From Clostridiales bacterium (GTDB lineage: Bacteria; Bacillota; Clostridia; Christensenellales; CAG-138): DNA of 64,000 bases. Below, in pieces: positions 1 to 8,756 of this stretch. Positions within the stretch are counted from its first letter, which is position 1, and every line of letters starts with the position of its first letter. The stretch spans positions 85,025 through 149,024 of the forward strand of contig CAKJYC010000021.1 of the NCBI GenBank assembly GCA_918244965.1, read 5' to 3'. The notes beneath the pieces are model-generated. The model made no database searches, was not told the DNA's origin, and worked only from the letters and a program-made list of their open reading frames with translations. Position numbers and translations under genes: made by a program.

Positions 1-161
1 TGTCCGTGACCGCGCGTATCGACGGCATAGACCGCAAACCGCTCGGAAAGCGCGGGAATCTGTCCGCGGAAATAGGTATGATCTTCACCGTTTCCGTGCA
101 GCAGCACAAGCGGATCGCCCTTGCCGCTTTTCTCATAATACAGCCGAATGTCCGATTTCAT
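1..161 (-). CDS. alpha/beta-fold hydrolase, N-terminal fragment (gene continues past the left edge)
   Basis: My own translation of the minus strand from the ATG at 161-159 gives MKSDIRLYYEKSGKGDPLVLLHGNGEDHTYFRGQIPALSERFAVYAVDTRGHG. This is a typical alpha/beta hydrolase N-terminus with the HG oxyanion motif. It is absent from the ORF track because the window edge truncates it. No clear SD sequence. Confidence 0.5.
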   Translation of the reverse strand, partial: MKSDIRLYYEKSGKGDPLVLLHGNGEDHTYFRGQIPALSERFAVYAVDTRGHG

Positions 162-171
162 AACAGTATCC

Positions 172-205
172 GAATACAAAAACAGAGGCGGGCGGTCCCG
201 CCTCC
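172..205 (-). terminator. rho-independent terminator after udk
   Basis: The minus strand reads GAGGCGGG-accg-CCCGCCTC followed by TGTTTTTG, about 10 nt after the udk stop. Confidence 0.55.
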
Positions 206-215
206 GATCCTTGTG

Positions 216-887
216 TCAATCCATGTTCTGCGGATTCTCTTCCGTTGTCTGCCGCATGGCCGATTCATGCTCAAATCGTTCGGCCAGCACCTTGGTTGTG
301 AGATATGCCGAGATGCAGTCGATCGCCATCTTGTTCTTGCCGCCGCGCATGATCGCGAAATCCGCCTCGGTGATGTAGTTCGCGATATACTTTTCATACA
401 TCGGTTTGACCGTTTCCAGATACTGCTCGGCAATGTTGTCGATCGTTCTGCCGCGGCTCTTGATGTCGCGCTTGATACGGCGCAGCAGGCATACGTCGAT
501 ATCGACATGCATATAGACCTTCAGTACCATGCGGTTCACGAGGCGCGGATCGTGGAACATGTGAATGCCTTCCATGATCAGCACTTCGGGCGGCTCGATC
601 AGCTCGTCCGAATCGGCACGCAGATGGTTCGCGTAATCGTAGCCCTTCTTGGTGATGGGCTGACCGCTTTCCAGCAGATCGAGGTCGCGGATGATCTCGT
701 CGTAGTCGAAGATGTTCGGTTCGTCGTAGTTGATGTGTACGCGCTCCTCAAACGGCAGCTCCGGAAAGCTCTTGTAATAGCAGTCCTGACCGATGATGAC
801 GCAGCTGCAGGAAAGACTGTCCTGAATGCGCTTAGCGAGCGTGCTTTTGCCGCTGCCGGATGCACCGCAGATACCTACAATGATCAT
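216..887 (-). CDS. udk: uridine kinase
   Basis: 223 aa. The P-loop GICGASGSGKST and overall similarity match the uridine/cytidine kinase family. RBS AAAGGAG lies upstream of the ATG at 887. Confidence 0.9.
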   Translation of the reverse strand: MIIVGICGASGSGKSTLAKRIQDSLSCSCVIIGQDCYYKSFPELPFEERVHINYDEPNIFDYDEIIRDLDLLESGQPITKKGYDYANHLRADSDELIEPPEVLIMEGIHMFHDPRLVNRMVLKVYMHVDIDVCLLRRIKRDIKSRGRTIDNIAEQYLETVKPMYEKYIANYITEADFAIMRGGKNKMAIDCISAYLTTKVLAERFEHESAMRQTTEENPQNMD

Positions 888-988
888 AGCTTTCTCCTTT
901 TATTGATATTTTTCGCGGATATTGTACTCCAAATCAACACGTCTTGCAAGTATCAATCTGCAAACCTTGCGCGATTTGCCCCGCAAGA

Positions 989-1017
989 TTGACAAATCTG
1001 CGGGATTGTACTATATT
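989..1017 (+). promoter_or_regulatory. sigma-A-type promoter candidate
   Basis: TTGACA (989-994), 17-nt spacer, TATATT (1012-1017), in the AT-rich divergent region upstream of the 1065 ATG (RBS GAAAGGAG). Confidence 0.4.
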
Positions 1018-1064
1018 TTTGTATATAAAAGGATCGTTTTATCTGCGATCGAAAGGAGCATGGT

Positions 1065-1685
1065 ATGAGGATCATCACAGTCAGCCGTGAATTCGGATCC
1101 GGCGGGCGCGAGCTCGGAAAACGCATCTCTGACCTTATGGGCTACGACTATTACGACAGCGAAATCATCTCCGCCGTTGCAAAGAACAGCGGGTTTGACA
1201 CTGCATACGTCGAGACGGCGCTCGACAACCACGGCTGGCACGACTTCCCCGTTACGTTCGGCGGAACGATCCATTCGACGGCGTATCTGCAGGCGAGCAA
1301 GATCGATCTTTTGATCCAGCAGAAAAAGGTGATCGAGAGCATCGCGACGCTCGGCAAGAACTGCGTCATCATCGGGCGCAACGCCGATGCGATCCTGAAG
1401 GAGTACCATCCCTTCAACATCTTTGTTTGCGCCGACGTCGAAGCGAAGATCCACCGCTGCCGCGCCCGTGCGCGCGCCGACGAGCATCTGACCGATCGAG
1501 AGCTTGTCCGCAAAATGAAGGAGATCGACAAGGCGCGTTCCCGCACGCGAGATTTCCTGACGGGAAGTGAATGGGGACAGTGCGAAAGTTATCACCTGAC
1601 CGTCAACACAGGAGACTGGGATTTGAAAGCCCTTGCCGTCGCCGTTGCCGCATTTGCGGAAAAATGGTTTGAAAGCAAAGAATGA
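1065..1685 (+). CDS. cytidylate kinase-like family protein (P-loop NMP-kinase fold)
   Basis: 206 aa. The N-terminus MRIITVSREFGSGGRELGKRIS is the hallmark of the cytidylate-kinase-like 2 family. Confidence 0.7.
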   Translation: MRIITVSREFGSGGRELGKRISDLMGYDYYDSEIISAVAKNSGFDTAYVETALDNHGWHDFPVTFGGTIHSTAYLQASKIDLLIQQKKVIESIATLGKNCVIIGRNADAILKEYHPFNIFVCADVEAKIHRCRARARADEHLTDRELVRKMKEIDKARSRTRDFLTGSEWGQCESYHLTVNTGDWDLKALAVAVAAFAEKWFESKE

Positions 1686-3016
1686 GCATTCGCCTTTCCG
1701 ATCATTTCACATACAGAAAGCTGCTTCGTTTTACCCTGCCGTCCATCGCCATGATGATCTTTACCTCGATCTACGGTGTGGTCGACGGGTATTTTGTTTC
1801 CAATTTTGCAGGTAAGGAACCGTTTGCAGCCGTCAACCTGATCATGCCGTTTATCATGGTCGTTTCCACAGTCGGGTTTATGCTCGGCACCGGCGGGACC
1901 GCGCTCGTCTCCAAGACCTTCGGCGAAGGCGATCCGGACCGCGCAAACCGGTACTTTTCGCTGTTCGTCTATGTCTCGTTTATTCTGGGCATTCTGTTTT
2001 CGATCCTCGGAATCGTCTTTCTTCGCCCGATCGCAAGGATGCTCGGCGCCGAAGGCACACTTCTTGACAACTGTGTTGTATACGGACGGATCGTCATTGC
2101 GGCAATGCCGTTTTTCATCCTGCAGCTGCTGTTTCAAAGCTTCTTCGTCGCCGCAGAAAAACCGCATCTCGGTTTCTGGGTGATCGTTGCCGGCGGCATC
2201 GCCAATATGATCGGGGACGCCGTTCTCGTCACACTTCTCCCGCAGGAATACAAGCTCGTCGGCGCAGCGATCGCGACCGCGCTCGGGCAGGTCGTAGGCG
2301 GCGGCGTTCCGCTGTTCTATTTCTTTCGGAAAAACAGCAGCATCCTGCGGCTCGGCAAGACACGTTTCGACGGAAGAGCGCTATGGAAAGCGATGTCCAA
2401 CGGGATGTCGGAGCTGGTCAGCAGCGCGTCCATGAGCATTGTCGGCATGGTCATGAATGTTCAGCTGATGAAATATGCCGGCGAGGACGGCGTTGCGGCA
2501 TACGGCGTTATGATGTACGTCAATATGATCTTTGCGGCGATCTTCATCGGGTACTCGATCGGCACCGCGCCGGTCATCGGCTTTCATTTCGGCGCAGGGA
2601 ATCGTACCGAGCTCAAAAGTCTGCTGAAAAAGAGTCTGCTTTTGCTTCTGATCGGCGGCATACTGATGGTCGGTGCAGCCGAAGGTCTTGCAAGGCCTTT
2701 GGCGTTGCTGTTTGTCGGATACGATGCGGAGCTGATGGCGCTCACCGAATCCGGTTTCCGGATCTTCGGTCTGTCCTTCTTCTTTATCGGCTTTGCGATC
2801 TTCGGCTCCGGCTTCTTTACCGCGCTGAACGACGGCGTGACCTCAGCGATCATTTCTTTTCTGCGCACGCTCGTATTTGAGCTCGGCGCGATCCTGCTGC
2901 TGCCTCTGCTGTTCGGCATCAACGGACTTTGGTTCTCCGTCGTCGTGGCAGAGCTGATGGCAACCCTGTTGTCCTTCCTGTTCATGCGGATCAAGCGCAA
3001 ACGGTTCGGATACTGA
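1682..3016 (+). CDS. MATE family efflux transporter
   Basis: 444 aa and about 12 hydrophobic segments. The N-terminus LLRFTLPSIAMMIFTSIYGVVDGYFVSNFAG is typical of MATE/NorM proteins. ATGA overlap with the upstream gene. Confidence 0.85.
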   Translation: MSIRLSDHFTYRKLLRFTLPSIAMMIFTSIYGVVDGYFVSNFAGKEPFAAVNLIMPFIMVVSTVGFMLGTGGTALVSKTFGEGDPDRANRYFSLFVYVSFILGILFSILGIVFLRPIARMLGAEGTLLDNCVVYGRIVIAAMPFFILQLLFQSFFVAAEKPHLGFWVIVAGGIANMIGDAVLVTLLPQEYKLVGAAIATALGQVVGGGVPLFYFFRKNSSILRLGKTRFDGRALWKAMSNGMSELVSSASMSIVGMVMNVQLMKYAGEDGVAAYGVMMYVNMIFAAIFIGYSIGTAPVIGFHFGAGNRTELKSLLKKSLLLLLIGGILMVGAAEGLARPLALLFVGYDAELMALTESGFRIFGLSFFFIGFAIFGSGFFTALNDGVTSAIISFLRTLVFELGAILLLPLLFGINGLWFSVVVAELMATLLSFLFMRIKRKRFGY

Positions 3017-3026
3017 TTACAACACG

Positions 3027-3060
3027 ATAAAAGGAGGGGTCGATGCCCCTCCTTTGTGTT
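3027..3060. terminator. bidirectional intrinsic terminator between convergent genes
   Basis: aaaa-GGAGGGG-tcgatg-CCCCTCC-tttgtgtt. It has an A-run on one side and a T-run on the other. Confidence 0.55.
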
Positions 3061-3068
3061 GAGATCCG

Positions 3069-5198
3069 TTATTTCAGCTTAAGCGAACCGAGCTTCTCCA
3101 TCGTGCCGAACGAGAGCATGACAACCTTGCTGTCGGACACGACGTAGAACACATCGTCGATGAACAGTCCGCGCGCATCGGAGAACCACCAGTCGTCGTC
3201 GGACAGCTTGATCCGTCCGACCTCCGTAAAGCCGTTTTCATCCGCACGGAACACCAGATAGTAATCGTCGGCCGGGAACGCGACCGTTCCGGTTGCCGCA
3301 TCGACAAACACCGCCTTGTGATTGAACTGTACCGAGGTGTAGTTCGTCTCCTTGACGGACAGCTTGAAGGCTTCCCTGACGTTTGCCGGATCGGAGATGT
3401 CGAACATGGACAGCTTCACGTTCTCGGTCCAGCCGTGCTCCTCGTCCGCGTCGTAGCCGATGCCGAGCAGTCTGCCCTCGCCGAACGGATGCAGGTACGC
3501 CGAGAATCCGGGGATCTTCAGCGCAGACAGCACCTTCGGGTTGCTCGGATCGGACAGATCTGCCGCAAACAGCGGGTCGACCTGACGGAACGTCACGAAG
3601 TATGCCGTATCTCCCATGAACCGCACGGACTGCACACGTTCGTCCTTTGCAAGCTCCTGAATGGTTCCGACGACGTTCAGATCGCCGTCCAGCACATACA
3701 GCGCGCAGTCGCTCGAATTGTTCCATTCATAGGTGTCGATGCCGTCCGTCCAGATGATCTCTTCGTTTTCGCTGTGCGTCACGACGACACGGAAATAGCC
3801 GTTGTACGCGTCCATACTGAACTGGTTCAGAAGCGCTCCGGAGATCTTTGTGCTTGCAACCGCTTCGATCTGTCCGTTGTCAATCGTGAAGCGGAACAGA
3901 TTCGTATCCGTGCCGCTGGTTCTTCTGACGAAATGCTTTCCGTTCTTGTCGGTCTGCTCGTCGCTCTGCTCGTTTCTCCATTCCTGCGAGCCGATCAGAA
4001 GGTCCGTGCCGCTGCAGTAGACCGTATCGCATCCGCCGAGCACCGCCTTGTTCGAATCATACGCGCTGCCGTCGGCGGCGTTGATCGTCGTGATGACGGT
4101 AAAGCCGTTCTCTTTTGAATTGGGATTGACATAGATATCTCCCGGCTGCAGCGTCTTTTCACTGCCGTTGGTCACGATGGTCGGACAGTACTCGATCGGC
4201 TTGACTTCGTCGAACAGGATGCTGTAAACACGGTAATCCGAAACGATCACCAGAAGATTGTCGATCAGCCGCGCCGTGCGATAATTGCCCTGCTGCTTGA
4301 GCGTCGCGATCTCTTTCGGTGCGCTGCGGTCGCCGAGGTCATAGACCTTCGCGAACGTGTACTGCGAGTCAGTCCCGTACCCGTCCTTGTTCCATTCATA
4401 ATACGAGCCGAGCAGATACAGCCTGTCGCCGTACAGCATCATTTCGGAATAGTTCTGCCAGAACGTATCGTTCCCCTTCGGCATCTTCAGCTTGATCGTG
4501 GAAACGATCTTTGTATCCTTGCCGTCGGCTGCGAGAATGTAGACCTTGTTCTGCGAATTGCTCAGCACATAGATCCATGTCCCGTCCGTCTTGACGATAT
4601 CGGCTTCATCGACGCCGACGACCTGATTGTTCGTACCGGAGTACGAAAGGCCGTCGCTGCTGTTGTTCACGCTCTTGACACCGTTGGACTCCGTCAGCAA
4701 GGGGGCTCCGGTGGGCATGGGCATCGCATCAGGCATTGCTGCGTCAGCGGGTACTTCGGCTTCTTCTGCCATAACAATGCCGCCCTTCTCGTCGCCGCCA
4801 TAGAACAACGCGCTGCTTCTTGCACGCATGATCTCTGCGATCTCGTCATAGGACGAAGCCGTTTCGATCGTCTTCGGTTCCTCCGCAAAGGCTGCATCCT
4901 GTTTTGCTTCATATGCTGCAGCGTCAACCTTTTCGTAAGCGCCGAGCGCGGCGTTGGCTTCCGCTTCCATATTAGCGGCCTTTGCGCGGTCCTTTGTGCC
5001 GCGCAGACCGATCACAAGTGCGACGCAGGCTGCAACTGCAGCGGCGGCGGTCGGGATCGCGATCCACCACTGTTTCCGGCGGACCCGCTTCTCGCGTTCG
5101 GCACGTCTTTGAACAGCTTCGGCTGCTTTGATCTCGTCGAGCAGGCTTTCCCGTACATGCATTCTGTCGTTTTTGTTCCGATACGATTCCTTAAACAT
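3069..5198 (-). CDS. membrane-anchored beta-propeller domain protein, probable anti-sigma partner of the upstream ECF sigma
   Basis: The protein has a short cytoplasmic N-terminus, one TM (WWIAIPTAAAAVAACVALVIGL) and a large extracytoplasmic region resembling the secreted beta-propeller (Beta_propel) family. I chose the ATG at 5198 (RBS GGAGGAG) over the track TTG at 5213. It overlaps the sigma gene stop. Confidence 0.65.
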   Translation of the reverse strand: MFKESYRNKNDRMHVRESLLDEIKAAEAVQRRAEREKRVRRKQWWIAIPTAAAAVAACVALVIGLRGTKDRAKAANMEAEANAALGAYEKVDAAAYEAKQDAAFAEEPKTIETASSYDEIAEIMRARSSALFYGGDEKGGIVMAEEAEVPADAAMPDAMPMPTGAPLLTESNGVKSVNNSSDGLSYSGTNNQVVGVDEADIVKTDGTWIYVLSNSQNKVYILAADGKDTKIVSTIKLKMPKGNDTFWQNYSEMMLYGDRLYLLGSYYEWNKDGYGTDSQYTFAKVYDLGDRSAPKEIATLKQQGNYRTARLIDNLLVIVSDYRVYSILFDEVKPIEYCPTIVTNGSEKTLQPGDIYVNPNSKENGFTVITTINAADGSAYDSNKAVLGGCDTVYCSGTDLLIGSQEWRNEQSDEQTDKNGKHFVRRTSGTDTNLFRFTIDNGQIEAVASTKISGALLNQFSMDAYNGYFRVVVTHSENEEIIWTDGIDTYEWNNSSDCALYVLDGDLNVVGTIQELAKDERVQSVRFMGDTAYFVTFRQVDPLFAADLSDPSNPKVLSALKIPGFSAYLHPFGEGRLLGIGYDADEEHGWTENVKLSMFDISDPANVREAFKLSVKETNYTSVQFNHKAVFVDAATGTVAFPADDYYLVFRADENGFTEVGRIKLSDDDWWFSDARGLFIDDVFYVVSDSKVVMLSFGTMEKLGSLKLK

Positions 5199-5721
5199 CC
5201 ATTTCTCCTCCAAGCGTTTCCTTCAGCATTGCTCTTGCACGGTGCAGCCACGATTTGACCGTTGATTCGGTCGTCCGCATAACGGAAGCGATCTCCTTTA
5301 CGGAATAGTCCTCATAGTAATACAGATGGATCGCCGTGCGATACTTTTCGGGGAGCTTCATCACCGCATCGTACACGGTCGAGTCCGGCGTCTCGTCCTC
5401 TGAGACCAGCTCGCCTGCTGCGTCCTCCGGTACGCTGTGCCGACGGAACGCGCTGCCCAAAAGGGACTTTGCACAGTTGATCGTGACCTTGATGAGCCAC
5501 GCCTTTTGATGCTCGGCGCTCGCAAACGACGGATTGTTTTTCAGGCACCGCAAAAAGACCTCCTGCACGACATCCTCTGCGTCGGCTGTACTTCTTGTCC
5601 GCACCAACGCGAGGCGATAGATCATATCGCCGTAGGTATGGAACAGAGTATCGAGGTCGTTGTTAACGGGCTTCCTTTGCTCGATTTGCATGCATGTTTC
5701 CAACGGTTTTTCGCTCCTCAT
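5191..5721 (-). CDS. ECF-type sigma-70 family RNA polymerase sigma factor
   Basis: Region 2 (DAEDVVQEVFLRCL) and region 4 (YYEDYSVKEIASVMRTTESTVKSWLHRAR) are recognisable. The exact start is uncertain (ATG 5721 or a downstream codon). Confidence 0.8.
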   Translation of the reverse strand: MRSEKPLETCMQIEQRKPVNNDLDTLFHTYGDMIYRLALVRTRSTADAEDVVQEVFLRCLKNNPSFASAEHQKAWLIKVTINCAKSLLGSAFRRHSVPEDAAGELVSEDETPDSTVYDAVMKLPEKYRTAIHLYYYEDYSVKEIASVMRTTESTVKSWLHRARAMLKETLGGEMDV

Positions 5722-5781
5722 CAATAATACCGCAGTCCGGCGGTTCAGGTTGCATCATTTCAACGGTTTTCAGCGTATTTC

Positions 5782-5823
5782 TAAAAAATGCGGCGCGCGT
5801 TCGTCTCTGCGTACGTGCGCCGT
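5782..5823 (-). terminator. rho-independent terminator after the amidase gene
   Basis: The minus strand reads CGGCGCACG-(14-nt loop)-CGCGCGCCG (one mismatch) followed by CATTTTTT. Confidence 0.5.
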
Positions 5824-5831
5824 CGTTGCGT

Positions 5832-6737
5832 TCAGTTTTTCAGCTGATGCAGCAGCGTCTCATAGATCGCCTGCATCATTTTTGCCTGCGTCGCGTCGTC
5901 CTGCAGCTTGCTGCGCTCGGACTTGTTGTCCCAGTTGCCCATGATCAGCAGCACACACGGACAACCGCACGCATTTGCGACTGCGTCGGACTTGACTTCA
6001 ACGCCGTTCTTTTTGCCGTTCTGGATCTGAATGCCCGATTGTGCGGAATACGCTTCGATCAGCGCCGCGCCGAACGCCTTGTTCTTCTTCGGCGCCTGTA
6101 CATAACAGCCGCTCGTGTTCGCGGCGATATGATTGCACATCAGACGAAGTGCGATGTCGCAGCCGCCGTTCTTGATCGTTTTTGCGCGCGCCGTATTGCT
6201 GACGGACTTTTTGTTGTTTTCGCGCGTGATGACGACCTCTGCGCCCTTGGATTCCAGAAACTCGCCGAGCTTTTGCGCAAACTCCAGGTTGAATTCCGCT
6301 TCGGCCTTATACTTGGATCCGCCGTCGCGCGTCGGGTCAATGCCGATCGTGAAGCCGTCAAGCGGCGCGTTCGGATCCCTTGTCGGACCGGCCGAGCTGT
6401 CCGGATCGGGTGTTTGCGTGTCGATCGGCGGCGGCGTCGGCGTTTCGGGCGCGGGCGTGCCGATCTCCGGCGTCTCAACGCCCGTGACCGGTGTTGCGGT
6501 CGGCGCCTGCGTTGCCGCCTTTGTCGTCTCGGCGACCGGCTCCGTCGTCGTCTGTCTGTCATCGTTGATCAGCTCCGATTTCACGCAGCCCAGCATTTGC
6601 CGGACATAACCGCCGCGGATCAGAAACACCGCGCCGACGATCAGGCCGATCGCCAGTACGATCATTGCGCAGAACAGCGAAAATCCAAGCGGATTGCTGA
6701 TCCGGAAATGCTTTTTTCGCGTTTTGATGCGTTTCAT
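5832..6737 (-). CDS. N-acetylmuramoyl-L-alanine amidase family (Amidase_3-like) protein, N-terminally membrane anchored
   Basis: The C-terminal ~180 aa align by eye to Amidase_3 (IGIDPTRDGG...EFNLEFAQKL...VVITRENN...LMCNHIAA...). The start was moved to the ATG at 6737 (MKRIKTRKK, RBS AAGGAGG). A TM helix and a Pro/Thr-rich linker follow. Confidence 0.65.
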   Translation of the reverse strand: MKRIKTRKKHFRISNPLGFSLFCAMIVLAIGLIVGAVFLIRGGYVRQMLGCVKSELINDDRQTTTEPVAETTKAATQAPTATPVTGVETPEIGTPAPETPTPPPIDTQTPDPDSSAGPTRDPNAPLDGFTIGIDPTRDGGSKYKAEAEFNLEFAQKLGEFLESKGAEVVITRENNKKSVSNTARAKTIKNGGCDIALRLMCNHIAANTSGCYVQAPKKNKAFGAALIEAYSAQSGIQIQNGKKNGVEVKSDAVANACGCPCVLLIMGNWDNKSERSKLQDDATQAKMMQAIYETLLHQLKN

Positions 6738-6850
6738 CGGATGCCTCCTTGAGACCGATTTGTCGGCTTTCATTGTATCACGCATTTTGCAAATCGGAAG
6801 AGATTTTGCATTTCGTTTACAAAAAAGATAAAAAAGCACGCATAAAAGCG

Positions 6851-6878
6851 ATACAAATTCCGGAAAATATGGTATCAT
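6851..6878 (+). promoter_or_regulatory. extended -10 promoter candidate (possible leaderless transcript)
   Basis: ATACAA (6851-6856), 16-nt spacer, TGgTATCAT (6870-6878). Only 6 nt separate the -10 hexamer from the ATG at 6885, and there is no SD. Confidence 0.3.
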
Positions 6879-6884
6879 ATTCCT

Positions 6885-7730
6885 ATGCCGAATATTTGTG
6901 CACATCTGATCTTCGGCGCGCATATCGCCGACGCGGTCAAAAAGCCGCTTGCTTCGCTCGGACAGGAGTACTTCCTTGGGTGTCTCGGTCCGGACTGGTA
7001 TTTCTATGACCGTTTACCGCCGACGCCGTTTACGCGCAATCAGAAAAAGCACGGCAACGCGCTCCACGCACTCGACTGCGAAGTTCTGTTTTCCGCAATG
7101 GCAGACGCCGCAGGCGATTCCATGCGTCCGTTTCTGTACGGGTTTTTGACGCATATAGCGCTCGACAGCACCATGCACCCGTACGTCGAATTCGAGCATG
7201 TCGGCAACGCGCATTCCCGCTTTGAGGGCGTGATCGACTCAGTCATATACAAGGAGACCTGCGACGTCTTTCCCTACCGTGATGTATTCTTGGCGAAGGC
7301 CGATGCACGTCCGCTCGATGCGCTGCTCTCCCGTGTGTCAAAGGATCTGCTCGATGCAAATGTTTCCGGCGCATATGTGCGCGGTATCCGCAAGTTCAAA
7401 CGGCTTGTGCCGCTCATGTACGACCCGCACAACACGCGCTACCGGTTTATGCGTCGGCTCGAACGACTGTTTCACAAGCCCGGCGTCGTATCCGATCTTC
7501 TGATCGGTCCCGATCATGAGGACCTTGACGACTGCATGAACGTTTCACGAAAAAAATGGACCTCGCCCTTCAATCCCGGCATATCCGGCAACGACAGCGT
7601 TCCCATGCTCTTCTCCAAGGCCGGCGCGCTTGCGGTCGCCATGATCCGCGCGTTCGATGAAGGCGATTCGGAAACGCTTTCCGGGCTGCTGCACAACCGC
7701 ACGATGCAGAAAGGACTGCTTCCATGCTGA
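6885..7730 (+). CDS. zinc-dependent phospholipase C-like family protein
   Basis: 281 aa. The pattern MPNICAHLIFG...GCLGPDWYFY...HGNALH...LTHIALDSTMHP resembles the short bacterial Zn_dep_PLPC family. This is family-level similarity only. Confidence 0.55.
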   Translation: MPNICAHLIFGAHIADAVKKPLASLGQEYFLGCLGPDWYFYDRLPPTPFTRNQKKHGNALHALDCEVLFSAMADAAGDSMRPFLYGFLTHIALDSTMHPYVEFEHVGNAHSRFEGVIDSVIYKETCDVFPYRDVFLAKADARPLDALLSRVSKDLLDANVSGAYVRGIRKFKRLVPLMYDPHNTRYRFMRRLERLFHKPGVVSDLLIGPDHEDLDDCMNVSRKKWTSPFNPGISGNDSVPMLFSKAGALAVAMIRAFDEGDSETLSGLLHNRTMQKGLLPC

Positions 7731-8194
7731 GATCGTGCTGCTTTACGGGACACCGAGACCTGCCTCCCGCCGGATCGGACGAACGCGCATCTCTGCTTCT
7801 GAAGCTCGAAGCCGCCGTTTCCGACGCGGTCAAGGACGGCTGCCGCCGTTTCATCGTCGGCGGAGCAAAGGGCTTTGATCTGCTGGCGGCCGAATGGATC
7901 CTTACGCTGAAAAAAGTCGATCCGTCGATCGTTCTTTCGGTCTATGTGCCGCATCGCGGGCAGGAGGATCACTATCCTGCAGCGGATCGCAGGCGTTACC
8001 GCGCTCTTCTGGACGGCGCGGACGAGGTCCTGGTGCTGTCCGACGGATACCATTCCGGCTGCATGCGCGAACGAAATGCGCGTATGGTCGCAGACGCAGC
8101 TGTTTGCATCGCCTATGTGCGACGCTCGCCGAGCGGCTCGGCCCAGACAATGCATATGGCGGAGGCGAAGGGCCTGACCGTCCTTCGGATTTGA
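7724..8194 (+). CDS. SLOG superfamily / DUF1273 (YpsA-like) protein
   Basis: 156 aa. CCFTGHRDLP...FIVGGAKGFDLLAAEWIL...YVPHRGQ is typical of DUF1273. ATGCTGA overlap with the upstream gene. Confidence 0.7.
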   Translation: MLRSCCFTGHRDLPPAGSDERASLLLKLEAAVSDAVKDGCRRFIVGGAKGFDLLAAEWILTLKKVDPSIVLSVYVPHRGQEDHYPAADRRRYRALLDGADEVLVLSDGYHSGCMRERNARMVADAAVCIAYVRRSPSGSAQTMHMAEAKGLTVLRI

Positions 8195-8196
8195 TT

Positions 8197-8727
8197 ATGA
8201 CGGCAAAAACGCAACCATCCCCCATCCGGCTGATCCCGATGTGCTTTCTCCTGTCGCTTCTGCTCTTGTGCGCTGCGGAGTGCTTCGGTTGGTTTGCGCT
8301 GCTCCTGTTTCTGCCGCTTGCGCTCTGTATGCTGCCGCTGTATGCGGAACGGCTCTGGGGCTTTGCGATCCTGTCCGATGTATTGATTGCGGCGGTCGTA
8401 CTGTTTCTTCCGCTCCCGCATTACGCTTGGCTTGCGTTCGTCTGTGTGCTCGCGCCGTATGTGCCCGTTCGCCATGCGCTGCGCAATCTGAAAAAGCCGT
8501 ACGCGGTGACGCTGTTCTCGATCGGCATCGTGCTTGCATGGACTGCCGCCGTCCTGCTCGGATTGCATTTTCTCGGCATCGGCATGCTTTCGCTTCTTCC
8601 CCTGCCGTTGACGATCCTTGCGGGGCTTGGGCTTCTGTTCTTTCTGTTTTTGCTGGACGCCGCGTATCAGCTTTGCCTGAAATGGTATGAAAAGCGTTTG
8701 CGTCGGTTTCTTCTTCCGCGCGCATAG
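8197..8727 (+). CDS. hypothetical polytopic membrane protein
   Basis: 176 aa from the ATG at 8197, 2 nt after the upstream stop. About 5-6 hydrophobic segments and no recognisable family. The N-terminal part of track ORF 7894..8727 overlaps the SLOG gene and was trimmed. Confidence 0.5.
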   Translation: MTAKTQPSPIRLIPMCFLLSLLLLCAAECFGWFALLLFLPLALCMLPLYAERLWGFAILSDVLIAAVVLFLPLPHYAWLAFVCVLAPYVPVRHALRNLKKPYAVTLFSIGIVLAWTAAVLLGLHFLGIGMLSLLPLPLTILAGLGLLFFLFLLDAAYQLCLKWYEKRLRRFLLPRA

Positions 8728-8756
8728 ATAAGATCCGTTCGCGGCATACTGACCGT

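Noticed and set aside
6-992. 328-aa plus-strand ORF at the left edge.
   Set aside because: It is antisense to udk and to the truncated hydrolase gene. udk has a P-loop, an RBS and a terminator, and this ORF has none of these.
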